Of a stretch of DNA of 64,000 bases, positions 55,469 to 64,000 are shown one piece after another. Origin of the DNA: a virus (Duplodnaviria; Caudoviricetes); the IMG/VR virus record IMGVR_UViG_3300022746_000016, positions 64,001 through 128,000 of that record, one strand, 5' to 3'. Position 1 is the first letter of the stretch. Every line of letters begins with the position of its first letter. The translations under genes were made by a program, and so were the position numbers. The notes under the pieces are model-generated. The model did no database searches. It was given only the letters and a program-made list of their open reading frames with translations, and had not been told where the DNA came from.

Positions 55469-56386
55469 TCAAAGATGTTTAATTGGGATAACTTTCTTTT
55501 TAATAGAAATGTCTTGATTCATTGTAATGTACTGTTTTGTCTCAGGACAAGATGAACATACATCTTCAGCAGTGTAAACAGTCTGCAAGAATTCTTCTAC
55601 AGCAGAGTTATCATTAATATCTACACCATCATATTTTAAATATGGAGCCCACTCTGGATCATCTAGCTGTTCTTTAATAGCTAGCATATCTGAAAGGTAC
55701 GCTGTATGAGAACACTTATATAATTTACCCTTATACAACTGAGGGCAATTAGTCTCGCAGATCTTGAATGCTTTGTCTTTGTCAGAGTTAAATGGATAGA
55801 CTTTATCACCTTCATACTTGATGATATGCCCCCAGATCTCTTTCTTACGTTGCCATTCATTGGAGATCTCAATCCATCCAAAGTCTTGATCTTCATACAA
55901 AGTGTTTCTTCGCATGAACTTAATATTTTTGGCTATAGCTTTCTTATAAAAATCTAAAACCTTCTCAGCAAGATTGTCTCTACTCTTATCACCTGGACCA
56001 ACGTGGACTGATATTTTTAAAGTCATTCCACGTTCAACTAAATCAAGCAACCAATCGTCATGCTTATTAACATAGAAACCATTGGTCAACAACTTAACCT
56101 TCTTACCCTTTGAGATAAGATACTCACATACAGCTTTAGTGCCTTTGGGGTTGAGCAATGGCTCTCCACCAAGAATGTGGAATGTTCTTATCTCAGTTTT
56201 TTCTAGAAGGATTTCTAAGTCTTTGATAAGCTGTTCAATGTCTACAGATTCGGAGACATCAACAAACTCTGAGTGATGAGAGCAACCAGAGCAAGTTAGG
56301 TTACATCCCATATGTGTATGGACATTTAGACGTTCTAAATTTCCACCATACTTTTCTAGTATGGATTTTGCAAGATCGCCTTGCAT
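55469..56386 (-). CDS. Radical SAM protein
   Basis: CNLTCSGC, GGEPLL and TNG motifs. Confidence 0.88.
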   Translation of the reverse strand: MQGDLAKSILEKYGGNLERLNVHTHMGCNLTCSGCSHHSEFVDVSESVDIEQLIKDLEILLEKTEIRTFHILGGEPLLNPKGTKAVCEYLISKGKKVKLLTNGFYVNKHDDWLLDLVERGMTLKISVHVGPGDKSRDNLAEKVLDFYKKAIAKNIKFMRRNTLYEDQDFGWIEISNEWQRKKEIWGHIIKYEGDKVYPFNSDKDKAFKICETNCPQLYKGKLYKCSHTAYLSDMLAIKEQLDDPEWAPYLKYDGVDINDNSAVEEFLQTVYTAEDVCSSCPETKQYITMNQDISIKKKVIPIKHL

Positions 56387-56388
56387 GA

Positions 56389-56670
56389 TTAAGGCATCAC
56401 GTTAGCGATCTGGATTCCTGTACCGAAACGAGAGCTATACTCATTTCGCATTTCTACTGCTGGTTCACCTTCTGATGCAATTGCTGACTTATTCAGATAG
56501 ATTTTACCATCAACGTATGGCATGTATGGTGCCAGTCCTACGCTAATGCCAGAGTCTGTTGGTTGTAATACGATATTAGCTGCGTTGTCTAAATGATAAC
56601 CACTATCAGAAGATGAGGATACATCAGCAATAAGTTCTTCACCATTAATCAATTTAAATACTTTAATCAT
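56389..56670 (-). CDS. Conserved T4-like small protein (Sm-like)
   Basis: KLINGEELIA...LAPYMPY. Confidence 0.7.
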   Translation of the reverse strand: MIKVFKLINGEELIADVSSSSDSGYHLDNAANIVLQPTDSGISVGLAPYMPYVDGKIYLNKSAIASEGEPAVEMRNEYSSRFGTGIQIANVMP

Positions 56671-56671
56671 T

Positions 56672-56875
56672 TCATTCCTCTATAACAAGTTGTTCAATAA
56701 AATCTGCTGCTGCGTTTTGGTCTTGGAAAAACTTTATGTGAGTAGTTTCCATATCGAAGCAGTGTTGTGCGACTACCATAATCTGTTTGTTCTTATAAAC
56801 AGATACCTTGAGTATCCAATCGCCACGTCGGACGGTGACGAACGAGATAAGGTTGGGTGATAGTCTTGCTTTCAT
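56672..56875 (-). CDS. Hypothetical protein
   Basis: ORF after late-promoter-like CTAAATA. Confidence 0.6.
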   Translation of the reverse strand: MKARLSPNLISFVTVRRGDWILKVSVYKNKQIMVVAQHCFDMETTHIKFFQDQNAAADFIEQLVIEE

Positions 56876-56884
56876 ACCTAATAT

Positions 56885-57445
56885 TTAGGTACGATTACGT
56901 CTCCAGTAGAAGTCGAAAGCATTATAATTTGTTTTTATGATCATATCATAAACTGCCATTCTATCTAAATATGCGTCTTTCATCACTGTCGCTGTGGTTG
57001 CTGGTTGGATGCCGACTGTAGCATCGGACTCACCATACTCACTAACGATCGTCATCTCATTCTTGCTGGCGATATGACGCATGGCTTTGTTCTCAGTCAA
57101 GCAGTGCATAAACACTTCCTTGATGCCTTGAGTGCGTAACCAAGTTACTGCACGATCGAACATCTCTTGAGCTAATCCATTACCACGATATTGTTTATCT
57201 ACAGAACAACCAAGTTCGGCATCAGAATCTTTAACTGCTGCGTGACAAGCAGCAATAATATTACCATCAACATCTTCACAACCAAACCACTTTGACTCGT
57301 CATTGAATGAAGAGTGGATGTAGTTCTCTATAAAGTTATCAGAAACCATCGCACCAAAACGTAGGCGACGATCTTCTCCCTGTAGCGATGTTAAATGCGC
57401 AACAAGTTTGTCTTGATCTATTTGAGTTAATTTTCTTGGAATCAT
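56885..57445 (-). CDS. GNAT acetyltransferase
   Basis: RRLRFG, AELGCSV...YRGNGLA and ENKAM motifs. Confidence 0.85.
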   Translation of the reverse strand: MIPRKLTQIDQDKLVAHLTSLQGEDRRLRFGAMVSDNFIENYIHSSFNDESKWFGCEDVDGNIIAACHAAVKDSDAELGCSVDKQYRGNGLAQEMFDRAVTWLRTQGIKEVFMHCLTENKAMRHIASKNEMTIVSEYGESDATVGIQPATTATVMKDAYLDRMAVYDMIIKTNYNAFDFYWRRNRT

Positions 57446-57635
57446 AATTGATGATGGGGACTTGCGTCCCCATTCTTTTAAGCCATTTTGTTTCTTAACG
57501 CTCTCGCATAATACTGTCGTTCGAGTTGTTCGACATGCATTGGTGTCTGAGGGTCATGAGCTAAAATGTATTCTTCTAAAGTTTGGGATCTATCACGGAA
57601 CACATAAACAAAGAATTGTTTTAGTGCTTGTAACA

Positions 57636-58124
57636 TTATTCACCTTCGTTTAGAAGTTGCTTGCCTTTACCAGCCTTAACTGGAACCTTCTTAGCTTTTT
57701 GCTCTTCTGGTACCAATTTGTCCAAAGCGATCTTCAAGATGCCATTGAACAACTCAGCGTCCTTAACTTCATAAGAATCACCGATAGCCCATGCACGAGT
57801 GAACGCACGGTTGGCGATACCTTTGAACAAATAGTCAGCAGTCTCATCTACATCAGTAGACTGAGTATTGCCTTTAACGATTAGCTTACCACCGTCGATT
57901 GTTACGTCGATTTCGTTTGTGGCGAAACCAGCTACAGCAATCTCGATTGTGTAAGTGTTACCGTCTTTACGGACATTGAATGGTGGGTAGTTTGGGATGT
58001 CTTTAGTCAAGTCATCATGCAATGCTTGCATGCGTTTGAATTGGTCATCGAAACCGACAAACACTTTGTCGAAGTCTTTGAAAAGGTCTTGGCTAAAGAA
58101 TGCAGGTACGAATGATTTCGTCAT
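57636..58124 (-). CDS. Small heat shock protein Hsp20
   Basis: NYPPFN, IEIAVAGF, GIANRAF and NGIL motifs. Confidence 0.92.
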   Translation of the reverse strand: MTKSFVPAFFSQDLFKDFDKVFVGFDDQFKRMQALHDDLTKDIPNYPPFNVRKDGNTYTIEIAVAGFATNEIDVTIDGGKLIVKGNTQSTDVDETADYLFKGIANRAFTRAWAIGDSYEVKDAELFNGILKIALDKLVPEEQKAKKVPVKAGKGKQLLNEGE

Positions 58125-58276
58125 TTGAGTTTCTCCTATTAAGCGAGTAAGTGATAAAAATTGTCTCCTCGAAAGCAAGACAGTGCTGGTTACTTTATCC
58201 AGCGGCAATTAACGAATGCCAGTGAAATCTCTCGGACGCCTATACCGTAGACGACAACAGCCCTAAGGTGGGTTCT

Positions 58277-58456
58277 TTACGCTGCTGTTTGGGCAGCTTT
58301 TGCAGCAGCTTGTGCTTCTGCTTCTAATGCTTGTGCTTGTGGGTCGCCCTGTTCTTTAATCTTACCGATCAAAGCTACAACCTCATCGAATGGGTGTTTA
58401 CCAAGTGTACGAAGAATAGTATTTACTTCTGCAATAGTCAATTCAAGTTTAATCAT
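58277..58456 (-). CDS. Small hypothetical protein (MIKLELTIAEVN..., 59 aa)
   Basis: Manual ORF with AGGA SD. Confidence 0.6.
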   Translation of the reverse strand: MIKLELTIAEVNTILRTLGKHPFDEVVALIGKIKEQGDPQAQALEAEAQAAAKAAQTAA

Positions 58457-58563
58457 TTTGTTTTCTTTCCTATGTTATAGTGAAATTCCCAATGTTATAA
58501 ATATTGGTATGGGTCACGAGATTGCCGTCTCTACCCATTCTAGATCTACTTAGGAGAACCAGC

Positions 58564-59127
58564 ATGAGTATTTATTCAATCTATACCGCTACCAACAAAA
58601 TAACAAAGAAAGTTTATGTTGGTTTCGCAACCAACTTCCATCAAAGAGTACTTCGTCATAAAGCACTCTATCCAAATTCCCCAAAGAAACTATACACAGC
58701 TATACGAAAATATGGCTGGGGTGCTTTTCTATGGGAAGAGATTTATGTTTCTACCGATAAAGAGCACTGTCTTAATGCAATGGAGCAGTTCTTTATAGAG
58801 GAATTTGATTCCATCAATTCTGGCTATAATACCACGAAAGGTGGAGCAGGAGTCCTTGGTGTTAATACCGAAACTGTTTGGATAAATGACGGTAAAAATC
58901 ACAAAAGAGTTAAATTCAACTCACCGATACCAGAAGGATGGGTTCTTGGTAGAACCAAAATTTCTCGTAAAGTTAAAATGTCTAATGAATCAAAACAAAC
59001 TATTAGTCATAAAAACAAAGAGCATGGCGTTTTTGCTAAACTGAATTGTCAAAAATCTCCATGCCCCCATTGCGGTATCTTTATGAATCTAGGTAATTTA
59101 ACTAGACACATAAAGGCGAAGCACTAA
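58564..59127 (+). CDS. GIY-YIG homing endonuclease
   Basis: SIY..TN...VYVG...R...H...GYN; WINDG; CPHC; AGGAG SD. Confidence 0.85.
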   Translation: MSIYSIYTATNKITKKVYVGFATNFHQRVLRHKALYPNSPKKLYTAIRKYGWGAFLWEEIYVSTDKEHCLNAMEQFFIEEFDSINSGYNTTKGGAGVLGVNTETVWINDGKNHKRVKFNSPIPEGWVLGRTKISRKVKMSNESKQTISHKNKEHGVFAKLNCQKSPCPHCGIFMNLGNLTRHIKAKH

Positions 59128-59547
59128 TCACTTAGCTTTCTTACCGATATTGTACTTGGGTACTAATTCCCACTGGTCTTTTTCTTTATAAGAGACCACC
59201 TTAATTTGAGATAGCGAAGCCTTTTGATCAGCTTGCGTAGTATTTAGGATCTTTAACAGATCCCAGTCCTGTAACAAACTAGCAATTGCGTTACGTCTCT
59301 CGATATCACCTGCAGTGATATTCGATTCTTTACCATCGAGCGCAAACAATTCCTTGAAGTGCACGATGAAGTACCGACCTTGCTTATGTAAGATATGGCA
59401 AGATTGGTATAGCTTTTGTTCTTTTCTTGAGGCAATCCCGATACGGGTTAGAGTTTCACGAACCTTCAGAAATGCATCTGGTTCAGGCAACGTCACCTCG
59501 AGCATGGACTCAGGAGTCCAGTCGTAATAAATCACTTCAACAGTCAT
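59128..59547 (-). CDS. regA: Translational repressor RegA
   Basis: FLKVRETLTRIGIAS...LYQSCHILHKQG. Confidence 0.96.
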   Translation of the reverse strand: MTVEVIYYDWTPESMLEVTLPEPDAFLKVRETLTRIGIASRKEQKLYQSCHILHKQGRYFIVHFKELFALDGKESNITAGDIERRNAIASLLQDWDLLKILNTTQADQKASLSQIKVVSYKEKDQWELVPKYNIGKKAK

Positions 59548-59933
59548 GATTTTCCACCTTTGTATAATTTTTCTTTTATCATAATCAAGTGTTCATCGGA
59601 AAGGACACTCAGTGCCTCTTTCGCCTTTTCGCTTGAATACCCATAGTACTCTTTTACGAGTTCTAAAGAAGCAGACTCAGCGTCGGCTTTTGCCCATTTA
59701 CTGAAACGACGCTTCTTCGAAATAGTATTTAGGAAAAAAGAAAATTGCCAGTCAGGTGGGCATTGGTGATGTTGGTTCATCGAGTTTGCCTGCATAACTG
59801 TATCGGGGAAATATCCCAAGGCTCGGTTCACAATAAACTTCACCTTGTTATAGTCTTTAACTGCTTCTGGATCTCCTGCTAGTAAATCAACTTTGGTTTC
59901 GTTGATGGCTTTCACATAGTCGAATGGGCTCAT
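59544..59933 (-). CDS. 62: Clamp loader small subunit (gp62)
   Basis: FIVNRAL...KKRRFSKW...YYGYS; synteny. Confidence 0.9.
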   Translation of the reverse strand: MSPFDYVKAINETKVDLLAGDPEAVKDYNKVKFIVNRALGYFPDTVMQANSMNQHHQCPPDWQFSFFLNTISKKRRFSKWAKADAESASLELVKEYYGYSSEKAKEALSVLSDEHLIMIKEKLYKGGKS

Positions 59934-60253
59934 TTAGCAAACCCAACTTCCTTCAGATTCTCTGGAGTAGCAGCGAATCTTGTATCTGGAAAACGAGATG
60001 CCAGAGAGTCTTCTAACTCTTTACGAGTTGGAGCCTGAGCCATAAACTCATCGGTCTCTTTATTGAAGACATAGTATTGACCACTATGTTGTTCGATCTT
60101 GATATTGATTAGCTCGTCCTCGATTTCTCCAAGGTCTTGGTCGAGTTGTTTCATTATGTAATCAACTCGACGCTTGGCTAACTCCTCGCGGAGAACCCAA
60201 CCCAGAATAAAGCCTAATGCGAAAACGCCAAAGATAGACAAAAAATCTTCCAT
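59930..60253 (-). CDS. Hypothetical membrane protein
   Basis: N-terminal TM. Confidence 0.65.
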   Translation of the reverse strand: MEDFLSIFGVFALGFILGWVLREELAKRRVDYIMKQLDQDLGEIEDELINIKIEQHSGQYYVFNKETDEFMAQAPTRKELEDSLASRFPDTRFAATPENLKEVGFAK

Positions 60254-60260
60254 ATCAACC

Positions 60261-61220
60261 TCACTTGAATTTACATTGCATCATAATCTCAGTCAGCGCA
60301 GCCATAATGTTCAACTCATGGTCAGCGACGAATGCAGCTTTGTATTGATAGTCAGCTAGGATCAAAACCAATGAAGGAATTGAACCAGCTTCCATCGTCG
60401 AAGCAGAAGTATCGTACAATTCGCGGAACAATGAAACTGTATCAGCATCTGAGTTCTTAGCAACCCACTTACGGACGTTGGCGTAGTCTTTCTCTTTGAG
60501 ATTCTTTACCAAGTCTTTATAGGATTCTTCGTTGAGGTTCAGGAGAATGCCTGAATCAATCTTACCAGAAACAGAGTAACGTTGAAGTTCATTCAACATA
60601 CGACGATAATCTGGAAAGTATTTAGTGACCAATTCAGCCACTACCTTTGGATCGAATTCAACACCCTCTTGTTTCAGAATCTGAGTAGCACGTTTAAAGA
60701 ATGTACCAGCCAGTTGCTGTTTGTCTTTGTTGTCGATTTTAAAGTCGATAACTGCACAACGAGAGTGGAGAGGTTCGATAATCTTGTTCTTGTAGTTACA
60801 AGTAAAGATGAAGCGACAGTTGTTACTGTATTCTTCAATGAACGAACGTAGCGCAGGTTGAACCGACTGAGCATTCATATAATCAGCTTCGTCGATAATG
60901 ATAATCTTCTTAGCGTCTGTCAATGAAACAGTCGTAGCAAAACCTTTGATAGTGGTACGAAGAACGTCGATTGAACGACCTTCCTCGGATCCGTTTACCA
61001 TAATATACTCAGCACCGATCTCGTTACAGAGAGCCTTTGCTACAGTAGTCTTACCTACACCAGCAGTACCAGAGAATAAAAAAGTGGGTAGCTCGCCCTG
61101 AGCAATGTACTCTTTAAACGTCTTCTTAAGTGCATCTGGCAGGACACACTCATCGATCGTTTGTGGACGGTATTTCTCTACCCACAGAAACTGTTCTTCA
61201 CGGGAGTCAATCATAATCAA
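60261..61220 (-). CDS. 44: Clamp loader ATPase (gp44)
   Basis: WVEKYRP, GVGKTT, DEAD and SRC motifs. Confidence 0.95.
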   Translation of the reverse strand: MIMIDSREEQFLWVEKYRPQTIDECVLPDALKKTFKEYIAQGELPTFLFSGTAGVGKTTVAKALCNEIGAEYIMVNGSEEGRSIDVLRTTIKGFATTVSLTDAKKIIIIDEADYMNAQSVQPALRSFIEEYSNNCRFIFTCNYKNKIIEPLHSRCAVIDFKIDNKDKQQLAGTFFKRATQILKQEGVEFDPKVVAELVTKYFPDYRRMLNELQRYSVSGKIDSGILLNLNEESYKDLVKNLKEKDYANVRKWVAKNSDADTVSLFRELYDTSASTMEAGSIPSLVLILADYQYKAAFVADHELNIMAALTEIMMQCKFK

Positions 61221-61510
61221 TCTTTCATAAACAAAAATAATGGCACAGAGTTATCGTCATCTGGTTTGAAATTTATCTTACCATTAGTCAATTCCCAAGC
61301 CTCAATACACATATTACGTAGTTGGTATTTGTGTCTGCTCTTAGAAGCACTTTCAGCAAAAAACAATCGCGGGTCTTCATACTTTTTATGATGCTTACAC
61401 CACTTCATTTTAACCTGACGATTACCCCACAAGTCAGTAGTGTAGATCTCATCTTTAGGTAAAACTTTTCTGTCGACCCGAGCAATATGATTCTTACGTT
61501 TATTCATCAC
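61217..61510 (-). CDS. Hypothetical protein
   Basis: ORF between 45 and 44. Confidence 0.6.
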   Translation of the reverse strand: MMNKRKNHIARVDRKVLPKDEIYTTDLWGNRQVKMKWCKHHKKYEDPRLFFAESASKSRHKYQLRNMCIEAWELTNGKINFKPDDDNSVPLFLFMKD

Positions 61511-61548
61511 AACTCCATAACAAATAAGAGGGATTACTCCCTCTTCAA

Positions 61549-62205
61549 TCAGAACTCAAATGTAGAGTCAGCTTCAACCGCAACGTAATAGACCAAGTCG
61601 CCGTTACCCTTAAAGCGAGAGATCTTCTTGCTTGAGATGCTAACAGTGTAGTCACCTGGAATCATCTTCAGGTTTTCTACTTTCAAGTTCACTTTGAAAG
61701 TCTTGTCAGTTGTACCGACTGGCTCGCTGAAAGAGTTACCAGTGGCATTCTTCTTGTCACCAACAACTGCAGTAATTGTTGAACCATCACCGACGATAGA
61801 AACGTCAGATGCACGAAGGACAGACGCAGTGCGATGAATCATATTCAACATCGCAGCAGTAACTGTGAACTCAATCTCAGCTTCTGGGAATGTGATAGAC
61901 TTTTGTGGAGCAGTCAATACGCTTGCGTCTGCAGCGAAATACTTGATGCTCATATTACCTTGTTTGATGGTAACATACTTCTCGCTAAAGTCCAACTCTG
62001 GATCTTCGAACAGAGACATCGCACCCAAGAACTCATTCAAGTCATAGATGCCGAAGTCTGGGAAAGTCTCAGACACAGTGGCGTCAGCCATTACGTTCTT
62101 CTGTGCAGAGATGGTAGCCAACTTGTTACCTGACTTCAAAAGCAAATTGCTATTGATGCTAGCAAAGTTTTTAATCAGGGCAGTTGTTTCTTTAGATAAT
62201 TTCAT
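61549..62205 (-). CDS. 45: Sliding clamp (gp45)
   Basis: MKLSKET..IKNFASIN, GIYDLNEFL. Confidence 0.95.
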   Translation of the reverse strand: MKLSKETTALIKNFASINSNLLLKSGNKLATISAQKNVMADATVSETFPDFGIYDLNEFLGAMSLFEDPELDFSEKYVTIKQGNMSIKYFAADASVLTAPQKSITFPEAEIEFTVTAAMLNMIHRTASVLRASDVSIVGDGSTITAVVGDKKNATGNSFSEPVGTTDKTFKVNLKVENLKMIPGDYTVSISSKKISRFKGNGDLVYYVAVEADSTFEF

Positions 62206-62271
62206 ATTTTCTCCAAGTGATAATATACTATGTATAAAAGATTATACGTCAAGAGGCTCATTTAGCCAAAT

Positions 62272-62652
62272 TTATTTTGTTTTTTTGTACTCATTGAACT
62301 CAGCAACAAGACGCTCGTGTTCTTGATGTGAGCAGTACAGAGTCCATTCACGAACAACATCTTTGTATGTGACATTGTCTTCGATAGTTGTTACAGGCTC
62401 TGCCATCATATAACCGATAATTGTTTTATGATTCTGAGTACCATCCATACATTTGTTGCGCTCGATAGAAAATGCATTCATTGTAGCCCAGTCAAGAGAA
62501 TAACTAGCAGATGCATACTCACCTTCAAGACGACTCTCGTATGCAGCTAACTTATTTTCGAGCAGATTAATCTTCTGCTGAAGCGCAACATTTTCAGTAG
62601 CCAGTTTATAGGACTGGTCATCCTCTTTCTTTTCCCAAGACCACAGACTCAT
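62272..62652 (-). CDS. Hypothetical protein
   Basis: 126-aa ORF. Confidence 0.65.
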   Translation of the reverse strand: MSLWSWEKKEDDQSYKLATENVALQQKINLLENKLAAYESRLEGEYASASYSLDWATMNAFSIERNKCMDGTQNHKTIIGYMMAEPVTTIEDNVTYKDVVREWTLYCSHQEHERLVAEFNEYKKTK

Positions 62653-62653
62653 A

Positions 62654-62986
62654 TTATTCCTTTGAGTATTTTACATCGTGTTCGTACAAAAACATCAAGC
62701 AACACATTGCGTGTGCTAAGTGGTGGATACCTGATTCGGGATCCATCTGTTCTCCACTTTTGTATGCCCAGAGATGACGCTGCATCGCATCAAAATAACG
62801 ACGCTTAGAATCTGGAACTTGCTTCCAATTATCTGGTTCATACTTCTCGGCTCCGAACGTGAGAACCTTTACAGTCTCAGCCAAAGCGAGTGGAGGTAGT
62901 AAACCATATTGAAGTTTACCACCATCAAATTTGCGACCACCAGTTGTAGCTAACTGGGATGCTTTAACTTCGTCGATAGTTGCCAT
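62654..62986 (-). CDS. dATP/dGTP diphosphohydrolase-like (DUF5664)
   Basis: KFDGGK, GAEKY..DNW and DPESG.HHLAHA motifs. Confidence 0.85.
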   Translation of the reverse strand: MATIDEVKASQLATTGGRKFDGGKLQYGLLPPLALAETVKVLTFGAEKYEPDNWKQVPDSKRRYFDAMQRHLWAYKSGEQMDPESGIHHLAHAMCCLMFLYEHDVKYSKE

Positions 62987-63025
62987 TGTCTCTCCAAGAG
63001 ATGGGGGACGAATCCCCCATTTCGA

Positions 63026-63289
63026 TTAGCGTTGTGCTGTAAAAGCAGTAGCACCCAAGAGTGCATTAGCAGCAGCGATGATACGCTTGCTTGGCTTGCC
63101 AATGCGGTACTTAGTAGTTTCTGTACCGTCATGCAACTTAGCACGGTTGCTATAGATGCAATGACCTTGACTACGCAATTGGTGAATTGCATCGTGTGGA
63201 TTCTTCAAACCAAATGAGCCAGAGATCTGCTTAGCAGTAACTTCGGCACCAGTAGACAAGTAATTCAACAACTTAGCTTGTTTAGACAT
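63026..63289 (-). CDS. Small winged-HTH-like protein
   Basis: LLNYL...LRSQGHCIY...YRIG. Confidence 0.65.
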   Translation of the reverse strand: MSKQAKLLNYLSTGAEVTAKQISGSFGLKNPHDAIHQLRSQGHCIYSNRAKLHDGTETTKYRIGKPSKRIIAAANALLGATAFTAQR

Positions 63290-63375
63290 ATAATAAACTC
63301 CATAATAAACCATCAACGAAAAAAGCTGACAAGAGGATGGCATCTCTTGTCAGCGAACACTAAACTTATTTTTAA

Positions 63376-63864
63376 TTAGACTTCGATGCCATTCTCACGT
63401 AGGATCTGGTTGAAGTCTTCAGTCTCGTCATCGTAAGCCATAGACTCATCGATAACTTTCTGTAGACGATTCAGGTCAGACTTAGTCTCTTTCTCCACAG
63501 CTTTTGCAGCTGGAGTGGACTTGACCTTGACGGTCTTAGCCTTAGCAAGTTTTGCAACTTTGGCTTTAGCCTTAGCGACAGGTGCAGCTTTATCTGCAAC
63601 TTCCTTGTGGAATGCCTTCAACTCATCTGCAGTTGGGACTGGGAGTTGGTACACACCACGCTCAACTTTGTTTGCAGCGAACAACCAGTTAGGATAACCG
63701 ATCTTCTCACCCTTGGAGCCAGTACGTTGGTCACGGAATTCGTAGTAGATTGCAGCACATTCCTTCAGAGTAATCTGAGGTGACTTCTTATACTGAGGTG
63801 CAGCTTCCAAAGTGGCTACAACGAAACGTTTCTGGGCGAGGGACAAAGCAGCGAATTTCAACAT
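63376..63864 (-). CDS. Hypothetical protein
   Basis: ORF after a sigma70 promoter at ~63906-63934. Confidence 0.7.
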   Translation of the reverse strand: MLKFAALSLAQKRFVVATLEAAPQYKKSPQITLKECAAIYYEFRDQRTGSKGEKIGYPNWLFAANKVERGVYQLPVPTADELKAFHKEVADKAAPVAKAKAKVAKLAKAKTVKVKSTPAAKAVEKETKSDLNRLQKVIDESMAYDDETEDFNQILRENGIEV

Positions 63865-64000
63865 AATAAATTTCCTTTTACAAAGAGTTTTCAAGATAAG
63901 ACATTAGTATACTACAAAGGGGATTACAAGTCAACAAGTATTTGTAATCCCCTACGGATTAGAAGGGAATCTCGTCCGTTGGGTTTGTAGCTGTGGGTAG

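Noticed and set aside
62654-62986. dATP/dGTP diphosphohydrolase as evidence of a Z-genome or deazaguanine DNA
   Set aside because: No purZ, dpdA, folE or queD-like genes are visible in the window; the PP-loop protein alone is insufficient.
1-64000. Genome-wide amber recoding suggested by the CTA tRNA
   Set aside because: Polymerase, helicase, nrdAB, ligase and other conserved genes are full length in the standard code.

Overview
A 64-kb segment of a large T4-like myophage genome, almost entirely encoded on the minus strand. The left ~10.7 kb is an RNA island. It holds 35 tRNA genes covering all 20 amino acids, including an amber-suppressor CTA tRNA and rare A34 tRNAs Thr-AGT and Ser-AGA. Interleaved with them are homing endonucleases and at least two families of structured non-coding RNAs. 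One family has 8 copies with a covarying terminal stem, two of them carrying a circularly permuted T-arm/D-arm module like bacterial YrlA Y RNAs; the family lies next to a DUF2828-like gene. Upstream of the island is a 43-codon leader ORF that uses all 20 amino acids and overlaps a mutually exclusive antiterminator/terminator, suggesting a tRNA-depletion-sensing attenuator. The rest of the window holds the T4-type replication core (45, 44, 62, regA, 30, dexA, 43, uvsX, 41, 61, rnh, dsbA) and nucleotide metabolism genes (nrdAB, thyX, cd). It also holds a DNA-hypermodification cluster (TET/JBP dioxygenase, amidotransferase, GNAT, amino acid:DNA transferase-like, P-loop kinase), putative capsid-targeted internal proteins, an embedded spanin pair, glycan-tailoring-type enzymes and four antisense homing-endonuclease-like genes. 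All protein assignments come from recognising motifs by eye; no database searches were run.
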